From the human T2T-CHM13v2.0 reference genome, Homo sapiens, in NCBI RefSeq assembly GCF_009914755.1, contig NC_060935.1: a stretch of 64,000 bases of DNA. One strand, written 5' to 3'. The position numbers were made by a program, and so were the translations under genes. Positions 31,759 to 51,017 of this stretch are shown piece after piece (within the stretch, counting starts at the first letter, position 1; each line of letters starts with the position of its first letter). Under the pieces are notes generated by a model. It was not told where the DNA came from. It did no database searches and was given only the letters and a program-made list of their open reading frames with translations.

Positions 31759-32141
31759 TGTATTAGTCCATTTTCACACTACTTTAAAGAACTACCTGAG
31801 ACTGGGTCATTTATAAAGACTAGAGGTTTAATTGACTCATAGTTTTGCATGGCTGGGAGTCCTCAGGAAACTTACAATCATGACAGAAGGTGAAGGGGAA
31901 GCAAGGTATGTCTTACGTGGTGGCAGGAGAGAGAGGGAAAGAGGGAGGGAGGGAGAGAGCGGGATAGAGAGAGAGGAAACACCACACTTTTAAACCATCA
32001 TATCTTGTTAGAACTCACAAGAACAACATAGGGAAAACTGCCCCCATGATCCAGTAACCTCCCACCAGGTCCCTCCCTCAACGTGTGGAGATTGTAATTC
32101 GAGATGAGATTTGGGTGGAGACACAGAGCCAAATCATATCA
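31759..32141 (-). mobile_element. MSTA-like MaLR solo LTR
   Basis: tgtattagtcc...ccaaatcatatca termini; perfect 5-bp TSD AACCT. Confidence 0.9.
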
Positions 32142-33731
32142 AACCTCATTAAATATTTGTAGAATGAATGGAAGCAAGATTTCTTATTCGCTCTTCACAC
32201 CAACGTTGCAAGATAAATATTTCACATTAATGTAATGGGGAAAATGAAAGGGTAGCATGATTTCAAAAATTCCAACTGCACCTTTGCAGACTCCCTGTGT
32301 GACTCTCACTTCGAAGCTTCCTGCCCTGCTCTAGCCATGTTGTGGGCACATGATCTAGAAAAATCAATCAATTTCTCCTCTGGGAATTTTAATTTTAAGA
32401 GAAGTTAATATCCAGAAAGAGGTGTATGGAATCCAACAATAATAGTGACTTCAATCCACTATCAATGTGGAGAGTAGCTGTTGCTACCTATGCACACCTG
32501 GATATAATTCAAGGACAAAAGGACATTCACACTGTACTTTACTTATTCTATCTTCTTGAACAGATAATCTGCAAGTCTTGATCACTATGATTGAAGTTAT
32601 CCAGTCTATTATTTCTTTCTGTGTAACATGGAGAATACTTCTATAATAGAATTTTAATGCTATGGGTGGGAAGAGAGTATTCCTGAGTCTTCCTAGAGAC
32701 TCAGACATTGTCAATCCATATTGCCTGCACATGACTTCAATGTGCAGGTAAAGTTTCTGTAGCAGGATCCTTTTGAACTCTCAATAAACTATGAACAGAA
32801 TGAATTTTATGAGATCAGGCATCCCCTGTGCTTGGCCAAACTTCAAATTAAGACCAAGGTCATTAATTCAAAATGTAATATTGGTTTCTTATTCTTTTCT
32901 TTAAAATAACTTTTATAAAACTAAGCTGTTCTTGTAAAAATCTGAACGTAAAGAACTTTTAAAAGAATTTCAGAAGTGTGTTTTCATCACATCATGCGAA
33001 TGTATTTATCAGAATATGAATGCTAAAACATGCCCCTTTCTCAAAAATCATCAATCCATAAAAAGGTTAAAGAAGAGGGCTTCGTATTCATTTGTCTGTC
33101 CTCATTCAATGTGTCTACTTCAATCACCTGATTTTTCTTTTCTTTGATTCTCATCTGCTCCTCTTTCTCCATATTCCCACCTCACTTCTTTATGTAGCGT
33201 GAATATATTGTTCTCTTGTTTTACTCTCAACTGTCTCTGCTCTTCCTCTCTTGTGTGATTACTAAGCTGCACAAACAGGACTGAAATATAGTAAAAATGA
33301 CTTAATAAGGATTTCTTATTCAGGAGAATTTGTCTTTAGTGGTGTTTGATGATTTCTCCTGAGAAAAAAAGGCATACACAGTCTTACCCTAATCATCTCT
33401 GAACAAAACATTTCAAATTGGCCAAGCAGCTGCAAAATGAGAGCTGGAAACAGACATGAACAAAAAGATTTCCTGCAGTGGTAAACACTATGATGCTTTT
33501 ATATTGATAACACTCTGGGGGCAATTCCTGCATTTCTAGCAAAGGCCATTTAAAGTGCAGGTTAACAATAAAAACCGAGCCCTTTTAAGACAGCATGCAT
33601 GAATAACATGTTGGTTTGCATTCATCAATTTCTTTTAAGATTTTTCTATTTTTATAAACAGAAATAATATAGCTTGTGTCATTTGAAATTCCTATGCAAT
33701 ATAATAAACTGTCTTAAAAATAGAGTATTGT

Positions 33732-34124
<393 letters not shown>

Positions 34125-34698
34125 TTACCCACTATTATTCCAATGAGAAGTAAAAGAATATATAACTCTCTCAGGATCTGGCCAGATAACCTTAAATGAT
34201 TCACTATTCTATGCAAAAAAAATGCCTCTAAATTTAAAATTTCAAATGAATTTTCATTCTATTATTTAGCAGAATTCACATTTAATATTTTAAAACTATG
34301 TATTAAATAACTTAGTTTATTTTTTTCTCTAATCTTTGAGGAAAAAAATAATTATCCCCAAAAGTACCATTGTATGCCATTTGGTTGCATGCATTCTCCT
34401 GGAATGCTAAATAATTACCCAGTTTAAGAAGCACAGGCCAAAGATGTCTTCTCAAGCAATTGAAGGTAAAAACCATATTGTTATTTTGGAGAGGATACAG
34501 TGGATCCTCCATATACTAGATTACTGAATGTGTCTTAAAAGATGCTCATTCATTTGGTCAGTCAAACATTATTTACAAAGTGCTTGTTATGGGTTGCATT
34601 CTGTGGAAGAGGCTGGTAAGACAATCAATGAAGGGGACTTCCTTACTATACAGACTCAGGAAGAATGGAATATCCTGTGTTGAGGAAGGAACTGCTCT

Positions 34699-35010
34699 GT
34701 TTGTTTGTTTGTTTGTTTCTTTGTTTTTTGAGACGGAGTCTCACTCTGTTGCCCAGGCTGGAGTGCAATGGTGTTATCTCAGCTCACTGCAACCTCCACC
34801 GCTGAGTTCAAGCAATTCTCCTGCCTCAGCCTCCTGAGTAGCTGGGATTACAGGCACCCACCACTGCACCTGGCAAATTTTTGCATTTTTAGTAGAGATG
34901 GGTTTTTACCATGTTGGCCAGGCTGGTCTTGAACTCCTGACTTCAGGTGACCCACCCTTGTTGGTCTCCCAAAGTGCTGGGATTACAGGCGTGAGCCAAC
35001 GCACCTGGCC
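34699..35010 (-). mobile_element. AluSx-like
   Basis: Full dimer; 14-bp TSD GAACTG(C/G)TCTGTTT. Confidence 0.92.
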
Positions 35011-35168
35011 AGAACTGGTCTGTTTTGAGATTCATCTGTTTCCTCAAAGTTGCAATTTGGTTATTTGGCATTTGGAATGAGTGACTCCATTTTAGTTCGG
35101 TCTGGTCTGTTGGGCGTAAGGCAGAAGCTCAGTCCGAAACAATGGACTTTTATAATTTTTGTTTAACA
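35011..35168 (-). mobile_element. MER31-like ERV1 LTR 5' fragment
   Basis: Reverse strand reads tgttaaacaaaaattat...ccattgtttcggactgagct...caacagaccagacc..aaaatggagtcactca. Confidence 0.6.
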
Positions 35169-38100
35169 GTGGTAAAATCTGAAAGGAAAGAACCAAGTGT
35201 GCAAACCAGTGAATCCTAATCATATTTCTTATGGGTGAAAAAGGTAGTTAAAAAGCTAGAGATACTTTTTAAGTAGCTGATTATTGGATCTCCTTTGCCT
35301 CTGGGTTTAGAAGGTAGCCAGAGCTGGTCTTAGCTATGACTGCTTTTCTTGGTTTCTATACGCAAAGCTAGGCTTTCAATGACTGTCATTTCATAGGTGC
35401 CACACTTTCTGGAGGGGTGCATCTTAAGATAACAGTTCTGTACACTTTCACAATAGTCTCACAGATTTTAGACATTAATTTTATTAGCATAGGTTTTATC
35501 AGAGAGTTCATATTTCAGAATCTCCTTATACTTGGTTTTGGTATGTACAGATCCTTATGCATGCTTTTCCAAGAAATCCTTATGCATGTTTTTCCTTATG
35601 CATGTATTTCTTAAAAAGAAATAGTGAATTTGCACCATCTACATGAAATAATTCTTTTTTAATTATACTAGCAAAGAGTTAAGGATGCACATCCCTTCTA
35701 CTTTAGGCAGTTTTAGTAACAGAAAAATTATGATTGAATCCAAATATGGAGGCCACTTTGCCTCCTAAAGGCCTTTTCCTGCCATAATTCCTGCTCCTCA
35801 CCTTCCTGCATCAACTTAACCTGAGCAACCTAATGTAAGTAATAATCCACCTGCAGCCTCTGGGAACACAATATAAAAATTATTTCCTAGCCCGATACAA
35901 AACTTCATAACAACCTTTCCTTTCTTATCCCTGTGATTTTAAGGAAAGTATAGTATCTACTAAATATTATCAAATCCAACCACATTGATGCCTTGATGGG
36001 AATTGAGACTATTATCATACTCTTAATTCTGCTAATAATTTTAGTAATGCATTACAGCAGAATGTTCTATAAAATTTTACCTTTTATGTTGTATGTCAAA
36101 ATGTTATATTTCTTTTCATTCTATAAAGCTGCAATTCTGGTATTATTTAGCTAAGAATACCTGATAAAGAAAGTCATCTTTTCGAGATGTTAAATTATTT
36201 CTACTCATTCTCCTTGCAAGGCAAAATTATCCCAATCTGCAAAATCTGCTGTGTGGTTTTGACCAAATGTCCTCAAATGATTCTCATCATATTGTTAACA
36301 GCAATAATGCATAAAAAGCACAATTTTGTGTATGCCTTATAATTTACAATTCTCTCAAGAGAAACACTCTTCCTATAAATATTTCTTAAGTAGTTTATAT
36401 TCCATGAATAAATGTTGAGTTTAAAGAAGAAAATACTGTTATTTGTTCAATTATTGTATATTGTCTGAAACAATCTTTACTAGGTGGACTAGTTTACCAA
36501 CTCCTAGTATTGTGGTCAGTTAGACAACTTAGTGGACACTTGCTATTATCTAAGGCAGTACATTCCATTGTTACCAAGTACCTTCGGGTGTTTCTAAAGC
36601 ACATTCAATTCAGGGCATGTAACCTAAACGGTAATAGTTTATTGGGTTGCTTTATGATTATTAAAATCAATGTTACAGAAAAAATTTCGACATAAAGTAC
36701 TTTCAATAAAAGGATTTACTTAACTGTTATCATCAGCTGTCTATAGCTAATGGGTTGGTGACTAGCTTAATTTCTGCATTGGAAGAGGTTTAAGAGATGT
36801 GCTCTACAATTAACTTGAGGAGTCAGAATTGCTTTATCAAAACAGTGGATTTAGTTTAGGAAAATTATACATTACATGTAGACGTTTCTTGACAATAACA
36901 TTATGTGCAATGAAATGATTTTCAATGACATAACAATTTTCCATTGTTTAAGGCTAATTACTGAGTTTTAAGGGTAAGCATTCGTTTTCTCTCTACTGCT
37001 GTCATTATTATTTTCATAAAAATGTATAAATTTCTCCTGGTGTGCCATTATTTATAATTATTTTTAAAAAGAAGACTCAGATGAAATTTAAAAGATGAAT
37101 AATTTCTTTAGAAAATTGCTTTTTTTGGTTTCTGTCAGAGTTTGTGTATTCCATGCAGTGTGACATTTTTGGTACATACCTAGTACAAGCACAAAGCTTA
37201 TGCATTTTAAAAGATTAAAATACTTAAAAAATTTTTCCTCCAAATAATTTTAGCTTAGTGTTTTCAGAAAGAATTCCAGGAAACATTCTACAAACTTTCA
37301 TTGCTAGAGTAAATGGAAAGCAGCAAAATAATCCAGTGGAGCAGGAAAATTCAATGCAATTATTATTAGTAGTATTATTTCTTGTTGTATTGCACTTCAT
37401 CTACCAACCAATAGCTGAGTCAAGGTTTTATAGAAACCTGGGATTCCTGGATTGGATAAATCTACTCGAGCAATACAACTAAAGTATGTTCAAATGTTTA
37501 GTATTTCTACTTTTGGAAAAAAAAAAAAAAAAGAAACAGCTCAACCAAGCAACATGAGGTGATTGTCAAATTTTCACAAAGAAGTTATCAAAAATTTTGC
37601 AAATTTTAACTTGAGATTTTAGTAAGACAGTACTTTGCTGAAAAGGGAAATTTGAAATCAGTAAAAGAAAAAGAAATTATTGAGCAGTTTGTTTTAGTAT
37701 TTTTCCAAATTCCTTATTCGTTATTCCAGCAGCTAGCTTGGCTAGGATAGATTCATTAAAAGCAAATATTTTCTTCAAAGACTTGGAACTCACTACTAAC
37801 ATAAATATTCATCTTCAAATTTAACTTTTTAGAAGCATACACCTTGCCAGTTCCATGGTAATTTCAAATATGCCTTTCTATTTTAAATAGAACAACAGCT
37901 GCTTTTTGTTTTTTTTGTTTTTTGTTTTTTGTTTTTGCATTGGTAAAAACAAAAGGAAGTTGGAAGGAGAAAAAACAGAGAAAGGAAGTAATTTGGTAAA
38001 ACTGAAAAGAGATGAGGCCTCTAGTGAAGGCTCTCTTGCACTTTTGCATACAATCTTGTGACTTATGCTAGAAATACATACCCATCAACTTTGTTTTCCT

Positions 38101-39249
38101 AGTAGTAGTTTTAGGTTCTCTGTCAATGTTTAACCCCGTTATAATAATTTTTTCATTGAAAACTTTATACTAGTTGCCCAAATATGCCCCAACTTGAATT
38201 TCCTCTTAACAGATTTCTTTGCATTATATAAAACTATTCTTGGGAATGAAGATCTGGAACACAGAAAATGAGAAAAGGACAAAAGACATGTTAAACAAGA
38301 AAAAAATTAAGAAAGATCCATAGAAATTATTTTAATATTCAAATTCTATTTCTCTCTACAGCTTATCATGCAAACTAAAGGAAAAGGAGGCTAAGGATAT
38401 AAGCACCCCTGAAAAATCCCAAAATTTTCTTGTCATTTTCCAAAAGGAATTATCTAGAAAGAGATGAAAACTGACTTCAGATTGAAAAGCAATACAAATA
38501 TAAATAAATGTACTGTTTGAATACAATTCTACAATAGTTTCAAGCTATAATATCATCAAACACTCAAGCATATGGAAAGATTAACAGTATAAGTATTTCC
38601 TTAAAATATGTCTTTCTAAATATTGTAACACGGATATGTTAGCCCTTAACTGTGCCTTGAAAAGAAAAAGCATAATTTTGAACTGACCTATTAGGAAAAT
38701 ATGTATCCTCCATAAAATTGAGTTTTTGATATTTTGATATTTTATTTTTTAATGTAAAATATTCAGAGCATTTAGATAAGGATTGTATAACAACAGAATA
38801 CTCATGGTACTTATTTAAGTTGTACTGTATATTGAGACCTCTTGTGATAATATAATAGAAGTGATAAATACACATCTCTGATTGAAAGAATCAGCTTCCT
38901 TCACCAGAAAATTAATTTAGTCATAATCAGTGATCTATAAACTGAGTTTATTGACTTCAGGTTTTTAAGGCAAGATAGCAAACATTAAAGTTCTCAACTA
39001 CTACAATAAAATGTCCTTATGAATTTAAAATACTTCATAGGTTTTCAGTAAAACTATTATTTATAAAATTTCAATCCCTACCATAAACTACATGATTCTT
39101 TATGATCATGGCTTTTATCTAATCCTCCTCATCCACTGTTTCTTTTCTTTTTGTTCATTATACTATTGTTACTGGGTTTCCTTCAGTTCTTTATATACTC
39201 TTGGACTGGATTATTCCTCCCCAACTCTTCCTAATTCTTCATCTCTCTC

Positions 39250-39259
39250 CACACACATG

Positions 39260-39311
<52 letters not shown>
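39250..39311. repeat. (CA)n microsatellite
   Basis: Seen directly in the sequence. Confidence 0.95.
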
Positions 39312-39312
<1 letters not shown>

Positions 39313-41095
39313 TATTATATGCTATTGGCATGGCTGGCCTCTTTTTCTCATCTCTTTGATTTTAGCGTTAATGACATATACAACCTAGTATCTATTTTCT
39401 GCTTTTCTCTGTCCATCCATTGCATATTTTGTTTGTAAGTGGAATTAGACAGTTTTGAGAGAAGAGGTGCCAAAGGAAGAAACAGAGGCCAGAATCATTA
39501 TAAAGTGCCTGTCTTACAGTAGGTCTCTTAGGCAATTTTTGAGAATCACAGAGAAAGGTGATTGGGGTAGAAATTGTGGAACAATTCCAGAGGACCTTTA
39601 TGAGACCCTAGGCACAAGCAGAGCTGCTTTGGGAGTCCTGGTAACAAATTGAAGCACAAGCTACAGAGTCACACTCACTCCTCAAACAAAAATCCCAATT
39701 TGCACACATGCACATCTTCACAGATGCCAACACACTTCTAGTAGCCCAAAGATTGAGAACTTCGGAACTCTAGGAACAGGAGCCTAAACAAGCGCTTTGA
39801 TACTTGCACTATCTTAAGCTTCTCTAAATAGCTTTCTAGAGAATTGGTGGATTTGTATGAGTTGAAGCAGGAGTTTTATTATGGCTTTTACCAAGGGATA
39901 ATTGGAACTGGCAGACTCGTATGTGAACACAATACAGCATTTATTTTGGAAATTGCAGAAAACATTTTTGGCTGGGGAGTGATAGTGACTCTTTGCCTCT
40001 TTCTGGATGAGGACTCACAAACCAGTAGATATTTGGCCTATAAAAAATTATACATGGTTATTAGCCATCACACTTTTCTTGCCATTTATTACGTTTCAAG
40101 CAAATTAATGTTAAATTGTCCGATAAATTTAGATAGCATGACTCAAAACACATGTATCATTTAAGTAAGAATTGCTCCTAAAATTTGTATTAATACCTGT
40201 AAGCATATTTATGAAAACAAAACAAACAAATGAGTAATTATGGCTTCCAAAACTGTGCTCATGGAAGACTTAGATTCCTGGAACAGCTTGCATGTTTCGC
40301 CTGTGACAGCTACATGAACTGGTGTCAAGCATGGGGATTGTCCCTTACCGCAGATAACATAGAAACCAAATTGTTTATCTCATTAGACCGTTCTAATATG
40401 CTGCATTCCTATAATTAGAATTACTTTATCTCTCAAATTTTATCCAAAGTGAACCTACAAGTTGCATTCTTGTGGCAATATGAGCATAAAAGTCAAACAT
40501 GCTACCCAAAAAGCTATACAATTTCACATATGCTGAGTAATCTTACTCTCTGGTGAATGCTCAGAGAAGCAAACTTAAAATTATTCTTCACAAAACAGAT
40601 TGTGAAAAGTTAATGATGTTAGGTTTATTAATACACAATATATTCATATTCTTTTATAATGTATACTAATACAATACCTAAATTTTCATTATATACAATG
40701 GGTCAAATTCTATTAGAATACAAATGTATTTTTGAAGACCAACTTTTGAGTAATATATTTTATCCTATAAAAGTCATATTAAAAATGCATTGCTCATTAA
40801 TATAATTCAACCCAGAGAGTCCTTCTTAATGTGTTCTTATTAACAGATATAATACATTTTAAAAATCTTATGATGTTAAAAATGTAAAGGGATAGATGCT
40901 AGATTAAATGACTCTAAATAAGTAGGATTGTTATTACAAGCTTTATTTGATCTTTAATATAGCAGTGGGCTCCATCCAACTTGGAAAGATAGTTTTCATT
41001 ATCCTAAGAATTATCTAATTGCTGAAAAACTATGTGAGAATTATTATAGTATTAAACAGATGCTCACAAACATTTTCTAAATCCTTTTTGAATAT

Positions 41096-41483
41096 TACAT
41101 TAGTACGTTCTCACACTGCTATAAAGAACTCCTGAGACTGGGTAATTTATGAAAAAAAAAAACAGGTTTAATTGACTCAGAGTCCTGCAGGCTGTACAGG
41201 AAGCATGGCTGGGAGGCCTCAGGAAACTTTCAGTCATGGTGGAAGGGGAAGGGGAAGGGGAAGCAAGCATGTCTTACTATGGTGGAGTAGGAGAGAGAGA
41301 GAGAAGGTGGAAGTGACACACACTTTTAAACCATCAGATCTCATGAGAACTCACTATCATGAGAACAGCAAGGGGGAAATCTGTCCACATGATCCGGTAA
41401 CCTCCTACTAGTTTCCTCCCCTAACACTAGGGATTAAAATTCACAATGAGATTTCGGTGGGGGAACAGAGCCAAACCAAATCA
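41096..41483 (-). mobile_element. MSTA-like MaLR solo LTR
   Basis: ttctcacactgctataaagaact..ctgagactgggtaattt...cagagccaaaccaaatca. Confidence 0.85.
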
Positions 41484-41915
41484 AACCCATTTGTATTTTC
41501 AGCCAATTCTACTCGCTATAGTATCGTTCTTTGAAAATTATTGTATGTTGTGTAAAGGTACGCAGTTATTTATTATAATAAATAATTTTTAGGATCCAAA
41601 CAGTGGAATCAAGTTCATATCACTTTATTATATATTGTTTACTCTTCTCATCTGTACACTTGTTTTTCACTCTATATTCAGTAGATTTACAGAATATCCT
41701 CTTAGAACTGTAAATGGATTTTTAGTAAACTAAAAAATCGCTGTGTTAAGATTTTCCCTCACAATTTGGTCAGCCTGTTAAGAAAGAAAACAAATAATGA
41801 GGATTAACAGTCTGTGGAGGAAGCACAGTAACCAAGAATAAAAATTACAGAATGTGAGAGAACAAGGCAATTTCAATGGGTGTAGAGGAGTAGTAGGAAC
41901 TAGAAGACTAGGCAC

Positions 41916-42315
41916 TATTAAATCAAATTCAGCCTAAAGCTGCTCCCTTACATATTTTAGGCTCAGCGTAAAGGTTTTACTGTACACTGTGAACTATAAC
42001 AAGTGAAAGTGTAAACAGAACGTAGTCTGCACTTGTGCCAATCACCGAGTTTTGGCCAAATATAGCCAACTGTTCAAATAAGGCAAATGCCATCTGTAAC
42101 CAATCCAGTTATTTCTGTACCTCACTTCCATTTTCTGTAACTCACTTCCACTTGCCCTATGTCACTTTCCTTTTTCTGTCCATAAATCTTCCACCACGTG
42201 GTTGCACTGGAGTCTCTGAGTCTAGGCTGTCTCAGGTGGCTGCCCAATTGGCGAGTTGTTCTTTGCTTAACTAAATTCTTTTAACTTTAATTCAGCTGAA
42301 GTTTTTATTTTATCA
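41916..42315 (+). mobile_element. MER57 (A/B-type) ERV1 solo LTR
   Basis: agcctaaagctgc..cttacatatttt...ccaatcaccgagttttggcc...ttcagctgaagtttttattttatca. Confidence 0.8.
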
Positions 42316-43235
42316 GTATGTATATAAGGTGGAAGTTTTTATTTTATCAGGTTTTTATAGAACTGGAAGGATACTGTACAGTGAAGAACAGGTGAGGTGG
42401 ATAGGAGACATAGAATCAAGGAGGCGTTGATCAGGCTGGAGGTGCTCTCCCTCAGAAAATTGTAGCTTTTGTATTTCTTAAAGCAAACAGAGTTAAGTTG
42501 CTGTTGATCAACTGTTCAAGTACTTTAGTGATCAAACAATGGAGTATCACAGTGGCTGCACAAAATCATTTAAAGAAAATCAGGCCATACCAGATTTCGC
42601 AAATGTAATATAAAGAGTTTTGATTATTTTTTGGTGAGAATTCCTTCAATGCTAAATTATAAGATCTATCACCTGGAAGATCAATGTTTCCCTTAACCTT
42701 TCAATTCTTCTTCTCTTCTCTTCAATCTATTTTCTTGAATTCTTTTCTCAAATTAAAATACCACATCTGTCCAAATAATTGAAGATACGAAGGCACTAGG
42801 TTTTAGATAAAGCTGGGATGATAGTTTACCTGTCATTTTCAGGACATTCTCATGTTTTGCTTTGCTTCTTGCTTGTTTTTTTGACTAACGTGTAAAATCG
42901 GACCTATGTCTCCAGGGAAAATCCTGTAATGACTTATGAGTTATAAGTGAGAGCTCACAGCTTATCATTTCTAGGAGAAACATTGAAATACAGAAACCCT
43001 TGAGGCTGAAGTCTTTCAGAGTTTTAACGTGCAAAATTTCTTCCCTAGAATATCCACTAGGATCAAATTAAATGTTGTTCACCACTCTATTTGAAGAGAA
43101 ACTTTTCAGTTATATATTTGCTCTTGTTTAAATTAAAAAAAAAAACAGAGCATCAAAGGAAAAATTCTGCAGATTCCTTTTGTCCTTTTTTTATTATTTT
43201 TTATTTATGTATTTTTTTCGCATAGTAAGTTTTCT

Positions 43236-45895
<2,660 letters not shown>

Positions 45896-46597
45896 TAATA
45901 CAGGTGGTCAGCAGTTACAACTTGATGCCAAGCAAAAAAAAAAAAAAAAAAATCTGGAAAACAGGCCCAACCTAGAGGGAAAAAAAAGAGTTAAGTGAGG
46001 TGGAATTTTTTTTCTACAATTAAGTGATAGTATCAGATAAGTTACAGGCTTTTTTTTGATGGCTGGTTTTGTGTTTTTTGTTTGTTTTTTGCCCCACTGT
46101 GTTAAAACATCATTAAAACACCATATGAAATATTCAATTTTCTACAAGAAAGAACATGTGCCAGTTGGTTCAGCATGATGTCTCTCTATATAAATTACGC
46201 CGAGCTCAGCTCTGAAAAGTTTAAACCATGAGCAGTGGCTGAGAGAAAAGAAGAACTTTTGGGCAAGTGTGTACATGTTACCTACCACAAAAGCTGACCA
46301 GGGAAGAGTAGCCAAGTACTCCAAGACAGAGTCCATTATCCCATGTAAAAAGAGGGAAACTGAAACCCTTTCCATGTTTTGGTGTGTGGCAATAAAGATG
46401 TTTTGGGTTCCTGGAAATAGCATGGCAGACCATAATGGTCAAGAGGAGAGGACTACCTGTTTTTAAACTGTTTTAAAACCACTGCTGATGTTTCCTGCAG
46501 CATGTGTGCCATCAGATTGAGATCTTGTATAGACATCAGTGGTCACTTTATCCTCACTCCACTGCTTTCTAGCAATGAAGTATGTGGCCATTTGTAA

Positions 46598-48254
<1,657 letters not shown>

Positions 48255-48699
48255 TGTAAATTGTTTTAAGTATAATTCTACTTATTGCAAAAACAAAGGA
48301 AATAATAAAAGACTATCTCTGTGTCTAAACACCTGAAGCATCACCAAAATGGTATTTTCCTAAAAACTCTTTTACAAAAATAGTGTTATACAAAAAATAT
48401 TAAAGGTGGCAGAGTAAAACTGTTTTTTTCTTCCAGTTTGTTTTATAATATTTATTAATAGAAGAATAATTTTAAATACATGGGCATATATATAATGCAT
48501 TTATTCAGAGCAAAGTTTCTCCTTTACCTCTGCTGATTTCATTTGAGTTTATAGTTGCTGCTCATTATGTTCAGCATCTGCTTTATTAAATGAATCAATA
48601 AATCAGTTATGACCATAGAGCATGAGCTAGCAAAAGAGCAAAAATTCTAAAGCTTAGGGTTGTGCATATAAATCCTACTGGTAAATTCTAATATAACTT

Positions 48700-48800
48700 A
48701 GTAGAAAGAGCACTGCACTAAACTGAGAGTCAAGGGACTTGAATTTTTTAGATTAACACCTGTCATGGACTTATTTGGCAAGTCACTTTCAAGTAAAATA
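48700..48800 (+). mobile_element. MIR fragment
   Basis: agtagaaagagcactg...gagtcaag..acttgaatt...ttggcaagtcactt. Confidence 0.5.
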
Positions 48801-49122
48801 GGAATAAAAGCAGTTATATATAAATAGTTTCCATTCATTTTTCTTTGCAACAGCATCTCTTCATTTTTTCTCTAAGGAAATGAAACAAATCTCTGTTATA
48901 TGAATCAGGATCTTCGGAAGAAGATCCAGGGATGAGTAACCTGCTAGTTTTCCTTTGACCCTATCTTCTACTCCTCCATAAGACTTCACAAATCATCTTA
49001 AAGTATCACCTGAGGCAAATCCATGGGTTCCTATACATTAAAATTATTTTGTGAAAACCACTGTCAACATGTAAAAGATTTTCTACATCTAATTTTAATT
49101 ATTATTTGAATGTTTAACCTAA

Positions 49123-49611
<489 letters not shown>

Positions 49612-49779
49612 TGATTCATACATTAGAAAATACTAGAGATACAAATAATGTACATATCAAAATGTGGTATAGAAATATATTCTTTCCTTCTTATTAACTG
49701 ACTCCTACATTGGAACAGGGGCGGTATATGGACTCTGTTCAGATCAATTCTGCATCTCTTTTGCACTTTTGTAGATACA

Positions 49780-50428
49780 GCTAGCAGTGAGATGTGAAGA
49801 GAGGTCATGGTTGACCCCAGGAAAGCTCTTTAGAGTCCTTACTCAGGCCAGGTGCAATGGTTCATGCCTGTAATCCCTGCACTTTGGGAGGCGAAGGTGG
49901 AAAGATTGATTGAGCTCAGGAGTTTGAGCCCAGCTTGGGCAGCATAGTAAAACCCTGTCTCTATAAACAATTTTTTTACAAAATTAGCTGGGAATAGTGG
50001 TTTGTACCTATAGTTCCAGCTACTCAACAGGGTGGGAGGATCACCTGAGCCCAGAATGTTGAAGCTGCATTGAGCCATGATTGTACCACAGCACTCTAAA
50101 CTAGGTGACAAAACAAGACCCTGTCAAAATAAAAAAAGAGTTATTACTTTTTTACTCAACTCTAAGTCTTGTCCTTGCTGATGTGAAGTGGAAGCGATGG
50201 TCAGAAATGCCATGGTCATCTTGGGACATGAAGTGACTTTGAAGATTGGTGGCATATGCTGAGGAACAAACAGCAGATAGAAGACCAGGGCCTATTAATA
50301 GTGAAGCAGACACACCTCATACCAGCAGCAGACTGCCTACATCTAGACTTCTCTCGCTTATGAAATAAATAAAATTTTATCTTGTTTAAGCCTCTGACAT
50401 AAAAAATCAGCCCAACTTAATTCTGATA
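49780..50428 (+). mobile_element. MLT1 (J-like) LTR remnant split by an Alu
   Basis: gactgcctacatctagactt...aaataaaattttatcttgtttaagcc 3' motif. Confidence 0.5.
49846..50137 (+). mobile_element. AluJ
   Basis: Diverged dimer; TSD approximately AGAGT..TTACT. Confidence 0.88.
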
Positions 50429-50749
50429 CTTACATTTATAGACCAAAATGTCTAGAATTGCAATAGCTACTTTTGCCTTATTGCTGTTGATATACCCTAC
50501 ACTGCTATGAAAAGGGTCTCAATAACTTTAAGAAATGGCCATGAGAAATGCATGAACTCACATAGAAGAAATAAAAAAAATCCTGAGCAAATGAGGAACA
50601 GCTCATGAGCTATATGGGATAGTGGATAAACACACTGATAAAAAAGAAGGAAGGCACAATAGTAGTTCACAGGTGGATTTGTCTATTTTTAGAGAAAGAA
50701 AAAATGACACCCAGGTTTGAAAGCTCACTGGGCAATTTTCTCTGTTTTT

Positions 50750-50910
50750 CTCTCCTAGGCATGCACATAATGTTTCTAATTCTCAATTTGTCATTTATAA
50801 AGTGAAGATTACATGATTACTCACCTCACACAATTATATGACAATTCAATGACATATTTCTCCACAGAACATTTTAATCTACTCGTAGTAAAGTGCCCAA
50901 TAAATTCAGG
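50750..50910 (+). mobile_element. MIR fragment
   Basis: ctcaatttgtcatttataaagtg...acctcaca...agtaaagtgcccaataaat. Confidence 0.5.
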
Positions 50911-51017
50911 CCATATCTATTCTCATAATCACCAATACACTGTCTTCTATTAGTAACCAGAGTCTGTGCATCAGTTTCCTTATTTAATAACATTGGGAAT
51001 AAATGAGTCTTTTGTGC

